DNA from: an uncultured delta proteobacterium
GTDB taxonomy: Bacteria; Desulfobacterota; Syntrophia; Syntrophales; UBA8958
Length of the DNA: 64,000 nt
Direction: 5' to 3'
Assembly (NCBI GenBank): GCA_903885795.1
Contig: CAISJV010000027.1
Coordinates: forward strand, 22,943-86,942
Below are positions 10,622 through 20,021 of this stretch, piece after piece (the stretch's first letter is position 1; each line of letters begins with the position of its first letter). A program made the translations under genes and the position numbers. The notes under the pieces are model-generated. The model was not told where the DNA came from, did not search any database, and saw nothing but the letters and a program-made list of their open reading frames with translations.

Positions 10622-11488
10622 TTATTTAATGAGAGGATAACCCATTTTCTCACGCTGTTTCATGTATAATTCGGCGCTGAACCTAGCAAGATTTCTGACC
10701 CTGCCGATGTAACTTGTCCGTTCCGCGACGCTGATAGCCCCCCGGGCGTTGAGCATGTTAAAGGTATGGGAGCATTTGAGGCAGCAGTCATAAGTTGGCA
10801 GGACCAGCTCCATTTCTGCGGTGCGGATGCCTTCGGCTTCGTACATATCAAAGATTTTCCTCAGCATTTCCACGTTCGCCTTTTCGAAGTTATAAGTGGA
10901 CCATTCCACCTCACCCTGATGGTGAACCTCGCCGTAAGTAACCCGATCGTTCCATAGCAGATCGTAGACATTGTCGATTCCCTGGATATACATGGCAATT
11001 CGTTCGATGCCGTAAGTAAGCTCGGCGCTTACGGGGTGGAGATCCACGCCGCCGACCTGCTGGAAATAGGTGAACTGGGAGATCTCCATGCCGTCCAGCC
11101 ATACTTCCCACCCTAAACCCCACGCTCCCACTGTCGGTGATTCCCAGTCATCTTCGACAAACCGGATATCATGATCAAGGGGATCGATGCCGAAACTCCT
11201 CAGTGAGTCAAGATAGAGCTCCTGAATGTTCAGGGGCGACGGTTTCATGATTACCTGGTATTGGTAGTAATGCTGCAGGCGGTTCGGATTTTCGCCGTAA
11301 CGTCCGTCCGTCGGTCGTCGCGAAGGTTCCACGTAGGCCACATTCCAAGGCTCCGGACCCAGGGATCTCAAAAATGTTGCCGGATTGAAAGTCCCTGCCC
11401 CTACCTCTAGGTCGTATGGCTGCTGGACAACACAACCATGGTCTGCCCAGTATCTTTCCAGTGAAAATACCAACTCCTGAAAGGTCAC
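10622..11488 (-). CDS. glyQ: glycine--tRNA ligase alpha subunit
   Basis: 288 aa. [19 protein letters not shown]...[26 protein letters not shown] is highly conserved GlyQ sequence. Confidence 0.95.
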   Translation of the reverse strand: MTFQELVFSLERYWADHGCVVQQPYDLEVGAGTFNPATFLRSLGPEPWNVAYVEPSRRPTDGRYGENPNRLQHYYQYQVIMKPSPLNIQELYLDSLRSFGIDPLDHDIRFVEDDWESPTVGAWGLGWEVWLDGMEISQFTYFQQVGGVDLHPVSAELTYGIERIAMYIQGIDNVYDLLWNDRVTYGEVHHQGEVEWSTYNFEKANVEMLRKIFDMYEAEGIRTAEMELVLPTYDCCLKCSHTFNMLNARGAISVAERTSYIGRVRNLARFSAELYMKQREKMGYPLIK

Positions 11489-11561
11489 TATAACCTCCTT
11501 ACTGTTTAAAGATTCTGCATGGTTATTGAGGGTCGTCGAATAACACGGTAAATGATGGGTG

Positions 11562-12350
11562 TCAATAGGTATTTCTGCCGATAGCTCCTATCTTCCGGAG
11601 CTGCTGGAGGACCTGCAGCGATTTCAATTCCCGCCCCAGGAGATGCTGAATAAAATGGACGAGTAGTTGTCTGCTTTCCTGTGCGGACTGACGGGAAAGA
11701 ATGAGTTGAGAAAGCCTGTTGACGGGAATATCCTTGGCGTGAATAAGACTGCGGAGCGTTCCAATGGATAATGACGGCGCGGCGGGGTGAAAGGCTTCAC
11801 AACGGTTGCACTTGACCCCCCCCCGGCTATTACTAAAGCGATATGAACTTTCAGCTTCCAACGCCCTGTTACAGAGGGCGCAACGGTCAAGAACGGGTTC
11901 GTAGCCGGAGAGGTGAAGCAAGCGGATTTCAAAGAAGGACAATAAACCGGGGATAAATGGTCTGTTGTCCATAATGGACAGAAAGTCGATTAACAACTTG
12001 AAAATCGGCTCGTTTTTTTTACCTTCCACTGTAAAGGCGCCGGTCAGTTCAACCAGATATGAGGCGGACATGCTTTTTTCAAGATCTGAGCGGATGGTTG
12101 GAAAATGATTGATCATATCACATTGATCAACGAAGGCCAAGGAATCGCCTTTTTTGGAGAAGCGAATGTCGGCGCATGAAAAAGGTTCGAGGGCGTTGAC
12201 AAAACGGCGGCGGCTGCGCCGAGCCCCTTTGGCAATCCCCTTTACCTTGCCGAACTCCAGGGTGAAGAAGGTCGCGATGCGGTCCGATTCTCCATAGTCA
12301 AGGGTATGGAGGACGACGGCCCTGGTTTTATGAATGGTCCGACTGTTCAT
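11562..12350 (-). CDS. recO: DNA repair protein RecO
   Basis: 262 aa with an OB-fold N-terminus ([20 protein letters not shown]) and zinc finger CALCNR...KCNRC. Confidence 0.85.
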   Translation of the reverse strand: MNSRTIHKTRAVVLHTLDYGESDRIATFFTLEFGKVKGIAKGARRSRRRFVNALEPFSCADIRFSKKGDSLAFVDQCDMINHFPTIRSDLEKSMSASYLVELTGAFTVEGKKNEPIFKLLIDFLSIMDNRPFIPGLLSFFEIRLLHLSGYEPVLDRCALCNRALEAESSYRFSNSRGGVKCNRCEAFHPAAPSLSIGTLRSLIHAKDIPVNRLSQLILSRQSAQESRQLLVHFIQHLLGRELKSLQVLQQLRKIGAIGRNTY

Positions 12351-12351
12351 G

Positions 12352-13641
12352 TCAATTGTGAAGCTCGTCGAAGGTTACTACGCCGTCCTTCATGGTCAAG
12401 ACGGCCTTACCGGTCAGGTCCCAGCCGAGGAAGGGCGTGTTTTTGCTGAGTGAACGAATCGTCTCGCGGTCGACCGTCCATGAGTGCTGCAAATCGATGA
12501 TTGTCAGGTCGGCAGGGGCGCCTGGCAGCAGGCTGCCTCCGGGAATACGCAGTATCCTGGCTGGATGGGTACTCATTTTCTCGATCAGCTGATTCAGGGT
12601 CAGGACGTCCGCGGAGACGAGTCTCAGACTCAAGGCCAGGGATGTTTCCAGTCCGATCATACCGCTGGCGGCATATTCGAATTCCACTTCTTTGTCCGTG
12701 AGGGCATGGGGGGCATGATCACTGGCAATCGCATCAATGGTTCCGTCCCGGAGGCCTTCCTTTATTGCCTCGACATCGTCCTTGCCCCGCAAAGGAGGGT
12801 AGACCTTGGCATTAACATTATAGGTTCTCAGGTCATCGTCGGTCAGGGTAAAGTAATGAGGGGCCGTTTCGGCGGTGACCTTGATCCCTCTGTTCTTGGC
12901 GTCTCTGATCAGGCGCACGGAACCGGCCGTACTGACATGGGCGATATGGATGGACGACCGGGTGTATTCGGCAAGCAACAAGTCTCTGGCCACCATAATA
13001 TCTTCGGCAATGCCCGGTATTCCCGGCAGGCCCAGTTCCGTGGATGGGAATCCCTCATTCATGGCGCCACCGGATGAGAGACAGGTATCCTCGCAGTGGG
13101 AGATGATCGGGAGACCAAGGGAATCGGCATATTCCAGCGCCCGGCGCATGACAGCGCTATCCATGACCGGTTTCCCATCGTCGGACAGTGCGATGGCCCC
13201 AGCTTCTTTGAGATCCCAGAACTCGGCAAGTGATTTCCCCTGAGATTGCATAGTAATGGCGGCAATGGGATAAACATTGACGAGATTTGTTTCCGCCGCT
13301 TTTCTGAGAATAAATTCTGTAACGGAACGGGTATCATTCACTGGATTCGTGTTGGCCATACAGGCAATGCCAGTGAATCCCCCGGCACAGGCGGCTTCAG
13401 AGCCGGTCTTAATGGTTTCCTTGTATTCGAAGCCCGGTTCCCGCAGATGGGTGTGCATATCGACAAGTCCAGGGGTGACGACAAGGCCGGCAAGCTCCAT
13501 GATCTCCATCCCCCTTTTTTTTGACGGCGACAGGTTGTGTCCGAGTTTGACGATCTTGCCGTCTTCGATCAAGATATCCATCTTGTCGTCGATATGTTGG
13601 GACGGGTCGATAATTCGGGCGCCCTTGATAAGCCAGTTCAT
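12352..13641 (-). CDS. pyrC: dihydroorotase
   Basis: MNWLIKGARIIDP..., GLVDMHTHLREPG and SDHAPH motifs. Start is trimmed to the ATG at 13641, directly abutting the pyrB stop. The 52 extra N-terminal codons of the track ORF overlap pyrB. Confidence 0.9.
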   Translation of the reverse strand: MNWLIKGARIIDPSQHIDDKMDILIEDGKIVKLGHNLSPSKKRGMEIMELAGLVVTPGLVDMHTHLREPGFEYKETIKTGSEAACAGGFTGIACMANTNPVNDTRSVTEFILRKAAETNLVNVYPIAAITMQSQGKSLAEFWDLKEAGAIALSDDGKPVMDSAVMRRALEYADSLGLPIISHCEDTCLSSGGAMNEGFPSTELGLPGIPGIAEDIMVARDLLLAEYTRSSIHIAHVSTAGSVRLIRDAKNRGIKVTAETAPHYFTLTDDDLRTYNVNAKVYPPLRGKDDVEAIKEGLRDGTIDAIASDHAPHALTDKEVEFEYAASGMIGLETSLALSLRLVSADVLTLNQLIEKMSTHPARILRIPGGSLLPGAPADLTIIDLQHSWTVDRETIRSLSKNTPFLGWDLTGKAVLTMKDGVVTFDELHN

Positions 13642-13642
13642 A

Positions 13643-14566
13643 TTATGCTTTGCCTCCTGTGAGAAGATATAAAAGGGCCATGCGTACCGCCACCCCGTTG
13701 GTGACCTGATTGAGAATGACCGAGTAGGGACCATCGGCAATATCCGAGGAGATTTCCACCCCCCGATTGATTGGTCCCGGATGCATGACGAGGACATCCT
13801 TTTTCGCCAGGGAAATATTCTTTTTGCTCAGGCAGAAACGTTGGCCATATTCACGGATTGAGGGGAAAATTGTCTGATGCTGCCGCTCAAGCTGAATCCT
13901 GAGCATCATGATTACATCTACCTCTTTGATGGCCTCATCCAGGGAGGAATGCACAGCAACCCCCATTTGTTCGATATCTCTGGGGATCATGGTTGCCGGT
14001 CCGGCGACTGTGACCTGGGCGCCCATTTTTTTGAGCCCGTATATGTTGGAGCGGGCGACACGGCTATGGGCGATGTCGCCCACAATGGCGATATTAAGAT
14101 TTTCAATATGCCCCTTTTTCGCCCGGATTGTCATCATATCCAGCAGCGCCTGGGTGGGATGCTCATGGGCGCCATCGCCGGCGTTGATGATGGACTGTTT
14201 AACCATTCCTGCCAACATGTGGGGGGCTCCGGCAGCGCTGTGACGGATGACGATCACATCAGGATTCATGGCCTCCAGGTTCCTGGCCGTATCTAAAAGT
14301 GTTTCCCCTTTTACCACGCTGCTTGTCGAAGCTGAGATGTTGATCGTATCGGCACTGAGGCGCTTTCCGGCAATCTCGAAAGAAGTCCTCGTACGCGTAG
14401 AGGCCTCGTAAAAAAGGTTAATGATCGTTTTTCCTCTTAAAGTGGGAACCTTTTTGATTTCCCGCGTGGATATCTCTATGAAGGAATCGGCTGTATCAAG
14501 GATAAGAAGGATTTCATCCTTTGAAAGCTCCTTGATGCCCAGGATGTCTTTTCTCTCTAATATCAT
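13643..14566 (-). CDS. pyrB: aspartate carbamoyltransferase catalytic subunit
   Basis: 307 aa with the STRTR, HPTQ and HPGP motifs. Confidence 0.95.
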   Translation of the reverse strand: MILERKDILGIKELSKDEILLILDTADSFIEISTREIKKVPTLRGKTIINLFYEASTRTRTSFEIAGKRLSADTINISASTSSVVKGETLLDTARNLEAMNPDVIVIRHSAAGAPHMLAGMVKQSIINAGDGAHEHPTQALLDMMTIRAKKGHIENLNIAIVGDIAHSRVARSNIYGLKKMGAQVTVAGPATMIPRDIEQMGVAVHSSLDEAIKEVDVIMMLRIQLERQHQTIFPSIREYGQRFCLSKKNISLAKKDVLVMHPGPINRGVEISSDIADGPYSVILNQVTNGVAVRMALLYLLTGGKA

Positions 14567-14570
14567 ATCG

Positions 14571-15131
<561 letters not shown>

Positions 15132-15174
15132 TTATTAGCAACAACAAAACATCAACAAATATGAGCGTATGATT

Positions 15175-15213
15175 AAAAAACAAAAAAGCCCCCCCTTGGT
15201 ATTCGGGGAGGCT
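15175..15213 (-). terminator. intrinsic terminator / attenuator in the pyrR leader
   Basis: Minus-strand RNA reads GCCUCCCC-GAAUACCAA-GGGGGGGC followed by UUUUUUGUUUUUU. The stem is 8 bp with one G-U pair. It sits ~55 nt upstream of the pyrR ATG. Confidence 0.75.
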
Positions 15214-15252
15214 ATCTAATGACAATTTTTGATTATCACATCACTCACATAT

Positions 15253-15289
15253 TTCCTTTTTCAATCTCTCAGGATTAAATTAAAAGGTC
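15253..15289 (-). promoter_or_regulatory. candidate PyrR-binding anti-antiterminator hairpin
   Basis: Minus-strand RNA reads GACCUUUUAAUUUAAUCCUGAGAGAUUGAAAAAGGAA. Lower stem CCUUUU/AAAAGG, upper stem UAAUC/GAUUG. The AAUCCUGAGAGAUU core resembles the PyrR box ARUCCAGAGAGGYU. It lies between the promoter and the terminator. Confidence 0.45.
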
Positions 15290-15311
15290 ACACCACTTCA
15301 AAACCGGCTCA

Positions 15312-15340
15312 CATATAAAAGAACAATTACTTTTTGTCAA
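15312..15340 (-). promoter_or_regulatory. sigma-70-type promoter for the pyrR operon
   Basis: Minus strand reads TTGACA, a 17-nt spacer, then TATATG. It lies just upstream of the putative PyrR hairpin. Confidence 0.5.
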
Positions 15341-15394
15341 GTTTTTAAGAGACCGGCCAAAGTGAATAAAAAAATGGCAACATGCAATCCGAAG

Positions 15395-17323
15395 TCATCT
15401 ATCCATTCTCATCAGCAGTTCCAGATTCTTTCGGGCGGCCTGATAATCAGGCTTTAACCGCAGGGCTTCCTGGAGATGATCAGTGGCCTCCTGCTTCCGG
15501 CCCAAGCGTCCCAGTGCCAATCCCAAATTGGAGTGCGCTGCGGCATAGTCAGGTTTCAGGCGTAGCGCATACTCCAACTGAACCACGGCTTCGTTTAATC
15601 TTCCCGATCGGCCGAAAGCCACCCCGAGGTTGGAATAGGCCTCTGCATAATCCGGCTTGAGGCGAATCGCCTCCTTTAGATAACGAATCCCTTCATCAGT
15701 TTTCCCGAGGTTCGTCAGGACATTTCCCATATTGTTGTAGGCCCCCGCATAATCCGGTTTGAGGCGAATCGCCTCCTGTAGATAGCGAATCGCGTCATCT
15801 ATTTTTCCTAGGTTAGCCAGGACATTTCCCATATTGGAATAGGCCCCAGCCTGATCCGGCTCGAGTCGGATGGCATCCTCGAAATGCCGGATTGCCTCAT
15901 AGGGATTTCCTGCATGATCCAGTGCGACGCCCAGGTTCAGATGGGCACGGCTGTTTCGTGGCGCTTTCTGCACCGTATCCGTCCATATTGACACCTCATC
16001 GGCATACACACTGTTGCGTTTGTATGTAATACCACCCAGTAGCAGAGCCAACACGAGCACGCCGATAACCACGGCAATAAGCGTTTTGTCTCTCCCCACG
16101 GCATACCGCGCCTGTAAGATCAGACCCACCCGATACACCCCGACAACTCCCAGCACGACAAGCGCCGCCAGGGACAGATACATGCGATGTTCAAAGGCGG
16201 GGTCAGGAAGAGTCACAAGGGACGTAGGGGCAAGAATAGCAAAAAACCACGCCCCGAGAAAGCCTACGGGTTTGCGCCCTAAAACCGCCCAGCCGGTGAG
16301 CGCCATCAGCGCCGACAAGATCAGAATGGAGGACCACGCCTGTTGCAATGTAGTAAAGGGCCAGGCATAATCGAGACAAAGGGTATCTGGCCATACTACA
16401 AGGCGTAAATAATGGAGAATTACTCCTGGTTGTGTCTGCCAATACTCCACCAGCGGTAGAGACTCCTTTAATCCTGCCCCCTGCCAAACCTTCAATCCCA
16501 TCATCACAAGAAAGCCCATCACAATCAGACCGCCGGCCAATCCGCCATAGAGAGGCCAAGATGTCCTGAACGTTTCCCTCCATCCTTTTTTCATAAAGAT
16601 CGCATCATAGATGAACAACAGGGGCGGTGCCGCGACGATCACTTCCTTGCTGCCCACACCGAGCAGAAAAAACAGAACCGCCGCACCATGCCATGGTCCG
16701 GATCGTGATGACTGCCAGCCACGGATGGCGCAGTAGAAGGTCAACAGAAAAAACAGGCCCATCATCGATTCGCAGCGCTGAATGATATAGGTAATTGCCT
16801 GGGTCTGGATGGGATGGAGCAGCCAGATCAGGGCGCAAGCAAATCCGAGCAGAGTCGCCGCTGGTCCATAGATGGCCTTCATTCTTTCGGTCAGGAGCGT
16901 TCTGCGGGCAATGCCGAAAAGGGTAATTCCGGCCAGGAGATGAACGGCCAGGTTCAGGATATGGTACCCCCGGACATAATTTCCGCCTAGGGCGTAATTG
17001 ATGGCGAAAGAGAACCGGATGACAGGCCGGATATAGAGACCCGCACTGGTCGTTTCCAGAGATGGATTCACAGACTTGAGGATGTTATGTATGACCTGGT
17101 TATCGACAATATTGGGGATGTCATCGTAAATAAAAGGGCCGTGAAGGCTATTTCCATAGGCCAGAATACCCGCAGCAATCAAGAATAATGCCGCAAAATA
17201 TACGCCCGAAGAACGAGTCAGAGAGTTTGTCGGGCGGGGCATGGCAAGCTCTTTTTTTTCTTTTCGGGTTTTCTTCATTTTTTTCCCAATCGACGGTCTG
17301 ACCAAAAGGGACCATATCGTCAT
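15395..17323 (-). CDS. TMTC/PMT-like GT-C membrane glycosyltransferase fused to C-terminal TPR repeats
   Basis: 642 aa. Multi-pass membrane N-terminal half with FIYDDIPNIVDN just after the first helix (DD motif of TMTC/DUF1736-type GT-C enzymes). C-terminal run of ~34-aa TPR units (AIRLKPDYAGAYNNMGNVLTNLGK...). The true start may be an internal Met. Confidence 0.7.
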   Translation of the reverse strand: MTIWSLLVRPSIGKKMKKTRKEKKELAMPRPTNSLTRSSGVYFAALFLIAAGILAYGNSLHGPFIYDDIPNIVDNQVIHNILKSVNPSLETTSAGLYIRPVIRFSFAINYALGGNYVRGYHILNLAVHLLAGITLFGIARRTLLTERMKAIYGPAATLLGFACALIWLLHPIQTQAITYIIQRCESMMGLFFLLTFYCAIRGWQSSRSGPWHGAAVLFFLLGVGSKEVIVAAPPLLFIYDAIFMKKGWRETFRTSWPLYGGLAGGLIVMGFLVMMGLKVWQGAGLKESLPLVEYWQTQPGVILHYLRLVVWPDTLCLDYAWPFTTLQQAWSSILILSALMALTGWAVLGRKPVGFLGAWFFAILAPTSLVTLPDPAFEHRMYLSLAALVVLGVVGVYRVGLILQARYAVGRDKTLIAVVIGVLVLALLLGGITYKRNSVYADEVSIWTDTVQKAPRNSRAHLNLGVALDHAGNPYEAIRHFEDAIRLEPDQAGAYSNMGNVLANLGKIDDAIRYLQEAIRLKPDYAGAYNNMGNVLTNLGKTDEGIRYLKEAIRLKPDYAEAYSNLGVAFGRSGRLNEAVVQLEYALRLKPDYAAAHSNLGLALGRLGRKQEATDHLQEALRLKPDYQAARKNLELLMRMDR

Positions 17324-17334
17324 ATTTCCAATGG

Positions 17335-18468
17335 TTATAACTTGGTATTATTCAAGCAAACCCTTTCCAGAATCGCAATAAATTCTTCCGCCGTCCGATC
17401 CCACGTCAGCGTCCGGCTCCAAGCCAGGGCGCGCTCGGCATAAATCGTCCGGAGACCGGAGTTCCGAATTAGCTTTATCGCCATATGGGCCATGGCTTCC
17501 GGATTTGGTTGCACAAGGCAGCCCGTCTGCCCGTCGCGGATCGAATCCCGGAGGCCAGGGACGTCGTAACCGATAGCCGGGGTCCCGCAGGCATTCGCTT
17601 CCGTCACTACTAGACCCCACCCTTCACGAACGGCGGGCATGAGGAGCAGATGGGCCCTTTGCATCCGCCGGATCTTTTCCTCCTCGCTAACATAACCAAG
17701 TAACGTCACATCCATGTCTTCAGCCAGCCTTTTGAGCCTGACAAGTTCGGGGCCGCGACCGGCGATCCAGAGGCGGGCATGGGGGAAAGACCTGCAGACG
17801 AGCCGGAAAGCTTCGATGGCGTGGTCGGCCAGGTTCGTTTCCTTGAGCAATCCTACAAACAGCAGCGTCGGGAGGTCTTCTTTTGCGGGAATCTCGGCAA
17901 CAGGTTCAAACCCGACCCCCATGGGCACAATAGTAACATCCGAAAACCCCAGATTCTCAAGATCACTCTGCGTGGAGCGGCTGATGGTCAACGTGGGAAA
18001 GGCCTTGTAGTGCCTCATCCAGGAAGGTTCGATCCACCATTGGAAGAAGTGGCTGAGGACAGGCGGCAGAACATGGCCGTACTTCTCCCCGGCCAGCTCG
18101 TTGACAAGAAATACGAGGGGTTCCCGGACAAAGCGGGGGGTCATGAAAGGACGACAAGTATATTCGTCGATGACGACATCGAAACAGCCCCTGAGTTTCT
18201 CCTTATAAAATCTTCTGGCCAGGGGATAGACGGTGAGAGAATTTCCCATGCGAATGACGGTGACGCCTTCGAGCACTTCCCGTTGGCGCGCATTCTGGAA
18301 CGAAGAAGAAACAAGTGTTGCCTCGTGTCCTCCCGCCGCCCATCTTTTTGCGACTTCATGTATGAAGACCTCCGCGCCCCCCGCTTCGGGATTGGCCCTG
18401 TCCCTTAGATTGAAAATCAGAATCCGCAGGGACATATCATCCTGCACCGTGAAGGCGTTTTTTTTCAC
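17335..18468 (-). CDS. glycosyltransferase family 4 (GT-B)
   Basis: 377 aa. C-terminal EGWGLVVTEANACGTPAIGYDVPGLRDSI is the Glycos_transf_1 signature. Confidence 0.8.
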   Translation of the reverse strand: MKKNAFTVQDDMSLRILIFNLRDRANPEAGGAEVFIHEVAKRWAAGGHEATLVSSSFQNARQREVLEGVTVIRMGNSLTVYPLARRFYKEKLRGCFDVVIDEYTCRPFMTPRFVREPLVFLVNELAGEKYGHVLPPVLSHFFQWWIEPSWMRHYKAFPTLTISRSTQSDLENLGFSDVTIVPMGVGFEPVAEIPAKEDLPTLLFVGLLKETNLADHAIEAFRLVCRSFPHARLWIAGRGPELVRLKRLAEDMDVTLLGYVSEEEKIRRMQRAHLLLMPAVREGWGLVVTEANACGTPAIGYDVPGLRDSIRDGQTGCLVQPNPEAMAHMAIKLIRNSGLRTIYAERALAWSRTLTWDRTAEEFIAILERVCLNNTKL

Positions 18469-19147
18469 AGAGATGATAAACCTGAAACTGCCAGCTCAGG
18501 GGCCAGACGATTAGTGCCGCCGCCTGTAGAGCGCGGAAGGGAATATGCCACCCCTTCGATAGGGATATCCAACGCCAGGAAAGGATATGGAGATCGCGCC
18601 AGCGTTTTTTTACATGAAGTCCGGCCTCTTCAAAAACCCGCTTCCACTGGTCAGTGTTCATCGTGACCTCGCATATATCGCTCTGGATCGTCCCCTTGTA
18701 AAAACCGAGGCGGCGTGTGAGAAAACCGGCATTGGGGACAAGGATGAGGATAGGGGAGTCATCTCTGGCCACCCGGACCATTTCGAGAAGGGCTTGCTTC
18801 ATATCCATAAAATGCTCCAGCGAACCCATGCAGGTGACCATATCGAACTGCCCCTCTCCGAAGGGCAGGCTTTCGGCGCATCCCGTCAGCAGGATGCCTT
18901 CATGCAGCGAGATTCGTCCGATTGATATGGCCCGCTGGGACAGATCGATCCCGATGGGAATCGCCCCCTGATCATGCGCGGCCCGGAGCCATTCAGCAGT
19001 TCCGCATCCCACGTCAAGAATACGTTGCCCTTGCGATACGGCCATACGCAGGGCAAGACGCCGGTAATGCCGGGATATCTTCCCTGGTCGTGGAACATCA
19101 CGGTAATACACCCCGTCATAGAAGCGGCGCATCGTTTCCATGTTCAT
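18437..19147 (-). CDS. class I SAM-dependent methyltransferase
   Basis: 236 aa with SAM motif I, ILDVGCGTAEW. ATGA overlap with the upstream GT2 gene. Confidence 0.8.
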   Translation of the reverse strand: MNMETMRRFYDGVYYRDVPRPGKISRHYRRLALRMAVSQGQRILDVGCGTAEWLRAAHDQGAIPIGIDLSQRAISIGRISLHEGILLTGCAESLPFGEGQFDMVTCMGSLEHFMDMKQALLEMVRVARDDSPILILVPNAGFLTRRLGFYKGTIQSDICEVTMNTDQWKRVFEEAGLHVKKRWRDLHILSWRWISLSKGWHIPFRALQAAALIVWPLSWQFQVYHLCEKKRLHGAG

Positions 19148-19959
19148 CTGGTTACCCCACGCCCGGTTTTGTCCGCCTGGGGCGTGACATATTTCCGGAT
19201 GATCCGGGAGAAGAAGCCCGCGATGAGCTTGGGGGGGAATGTCCAGATGATCTGGGAGATCCTCAGGGATGACATCTCTCCGCCATAGCGGGCGGGAACA
19301 TACATTTCGGCAACACGACCTCCCAAAACGTTGATCTCGATCAACATGCTGTTTTCAAAAAAATATCCCCTGTCAATCCTGTTCAGGGGAATACGGGAAA
19401 GCATTTGACGAGTGATGAGGACGTAGCCGTTCTGGGGATCCGAGATCTCCCGGAACCCTGACGCCATCCTTGTCAGGAACGCCAGCACGAGATTTCCCAC
19501 CAGACGGATGGGGGGCATCTCCGGAAGGGGACCTCTTTTTTGAAAGCGGTTTGCCTTGACATAGTCATACCTCTGCTCGATGGCAAGTCCTGCCATTTTG
19601 TTAAGGTAATCCGCTTCCATCTGGCCATCGGCATCAATTTTCACCACAAGATCGACCCCTGCGGCCAGGGCGGCCTTGAATCCTGTTACCATGGCGCCGC
19701 CTACCCCCTGATTGCGATTATGACAAAGGAGTATGATCCTCGGATCATCCAGGGATCTGACCGCTTCACTCGTCTGGTCCACCGACCCGTCATCGACAAC
19801 GATGATCCGTTCAACATTCACCGGCAAAGAAAGGATGACCGACCGGATGCTTGTCTCTGCGTTATAGGCCGGAATGATAACGGCAAGGTGGTAACTGTCG
19901 ATTAGACAAGACATTGTTTTCCATGGGTCGAAGCACAAAGGGCCGATTTTGCCTATCAA
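19144..19959 (-). CDS. glycosyltransferase family 2 (polyprenyl-phosphate sugar synthase-like)
   Basis: LAVIIPAYNAE..., IVVDDGSVDQT and DADGQ motifs. An alternative start is the Met at 19914. Confidence 0.8.
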   Translation of the reverse strand: MIGKIGPLCFDPWKTMSCLIDSYHLAVIIPAYNAETSIRSVILSLPVNVERIIVVDDGSVDQTSEAVRSLDDPRIILLCHNRNQGVGGAMVTGFKAALAAGVDLVVKIDADGQMEADYLNKMAGLAIEQRYDYVKANRFQKRGPLPEMPPIRLVGNLVLAFLTRMASGFREISDPQNGYVLITRQMLSRIPLNRIDRGYFFENSMLIEINVLGGRVAEMYVPARYGGEMSSLRISQIIWTFPPKLIAGFFSRIIRKYVTPQADKTGRGVTR

Positions 19960-20021
19960 GGGGCTATCCCTGTCAAGAAATAGCCCCTTGATTTATTATG
20001 ATTTGATATCTGGTTATATAC

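Noticed and set aside
13642-13797. The pyrC track ORF has a 52-codon N-terminal extension.
   Set aside because: The extension overlaps the 3' end of pyrB and has no dihydroorotase similarity. The conserved N-terminus MNWLIKGARIIDP starts at 13641, directly after the pyrB stop.
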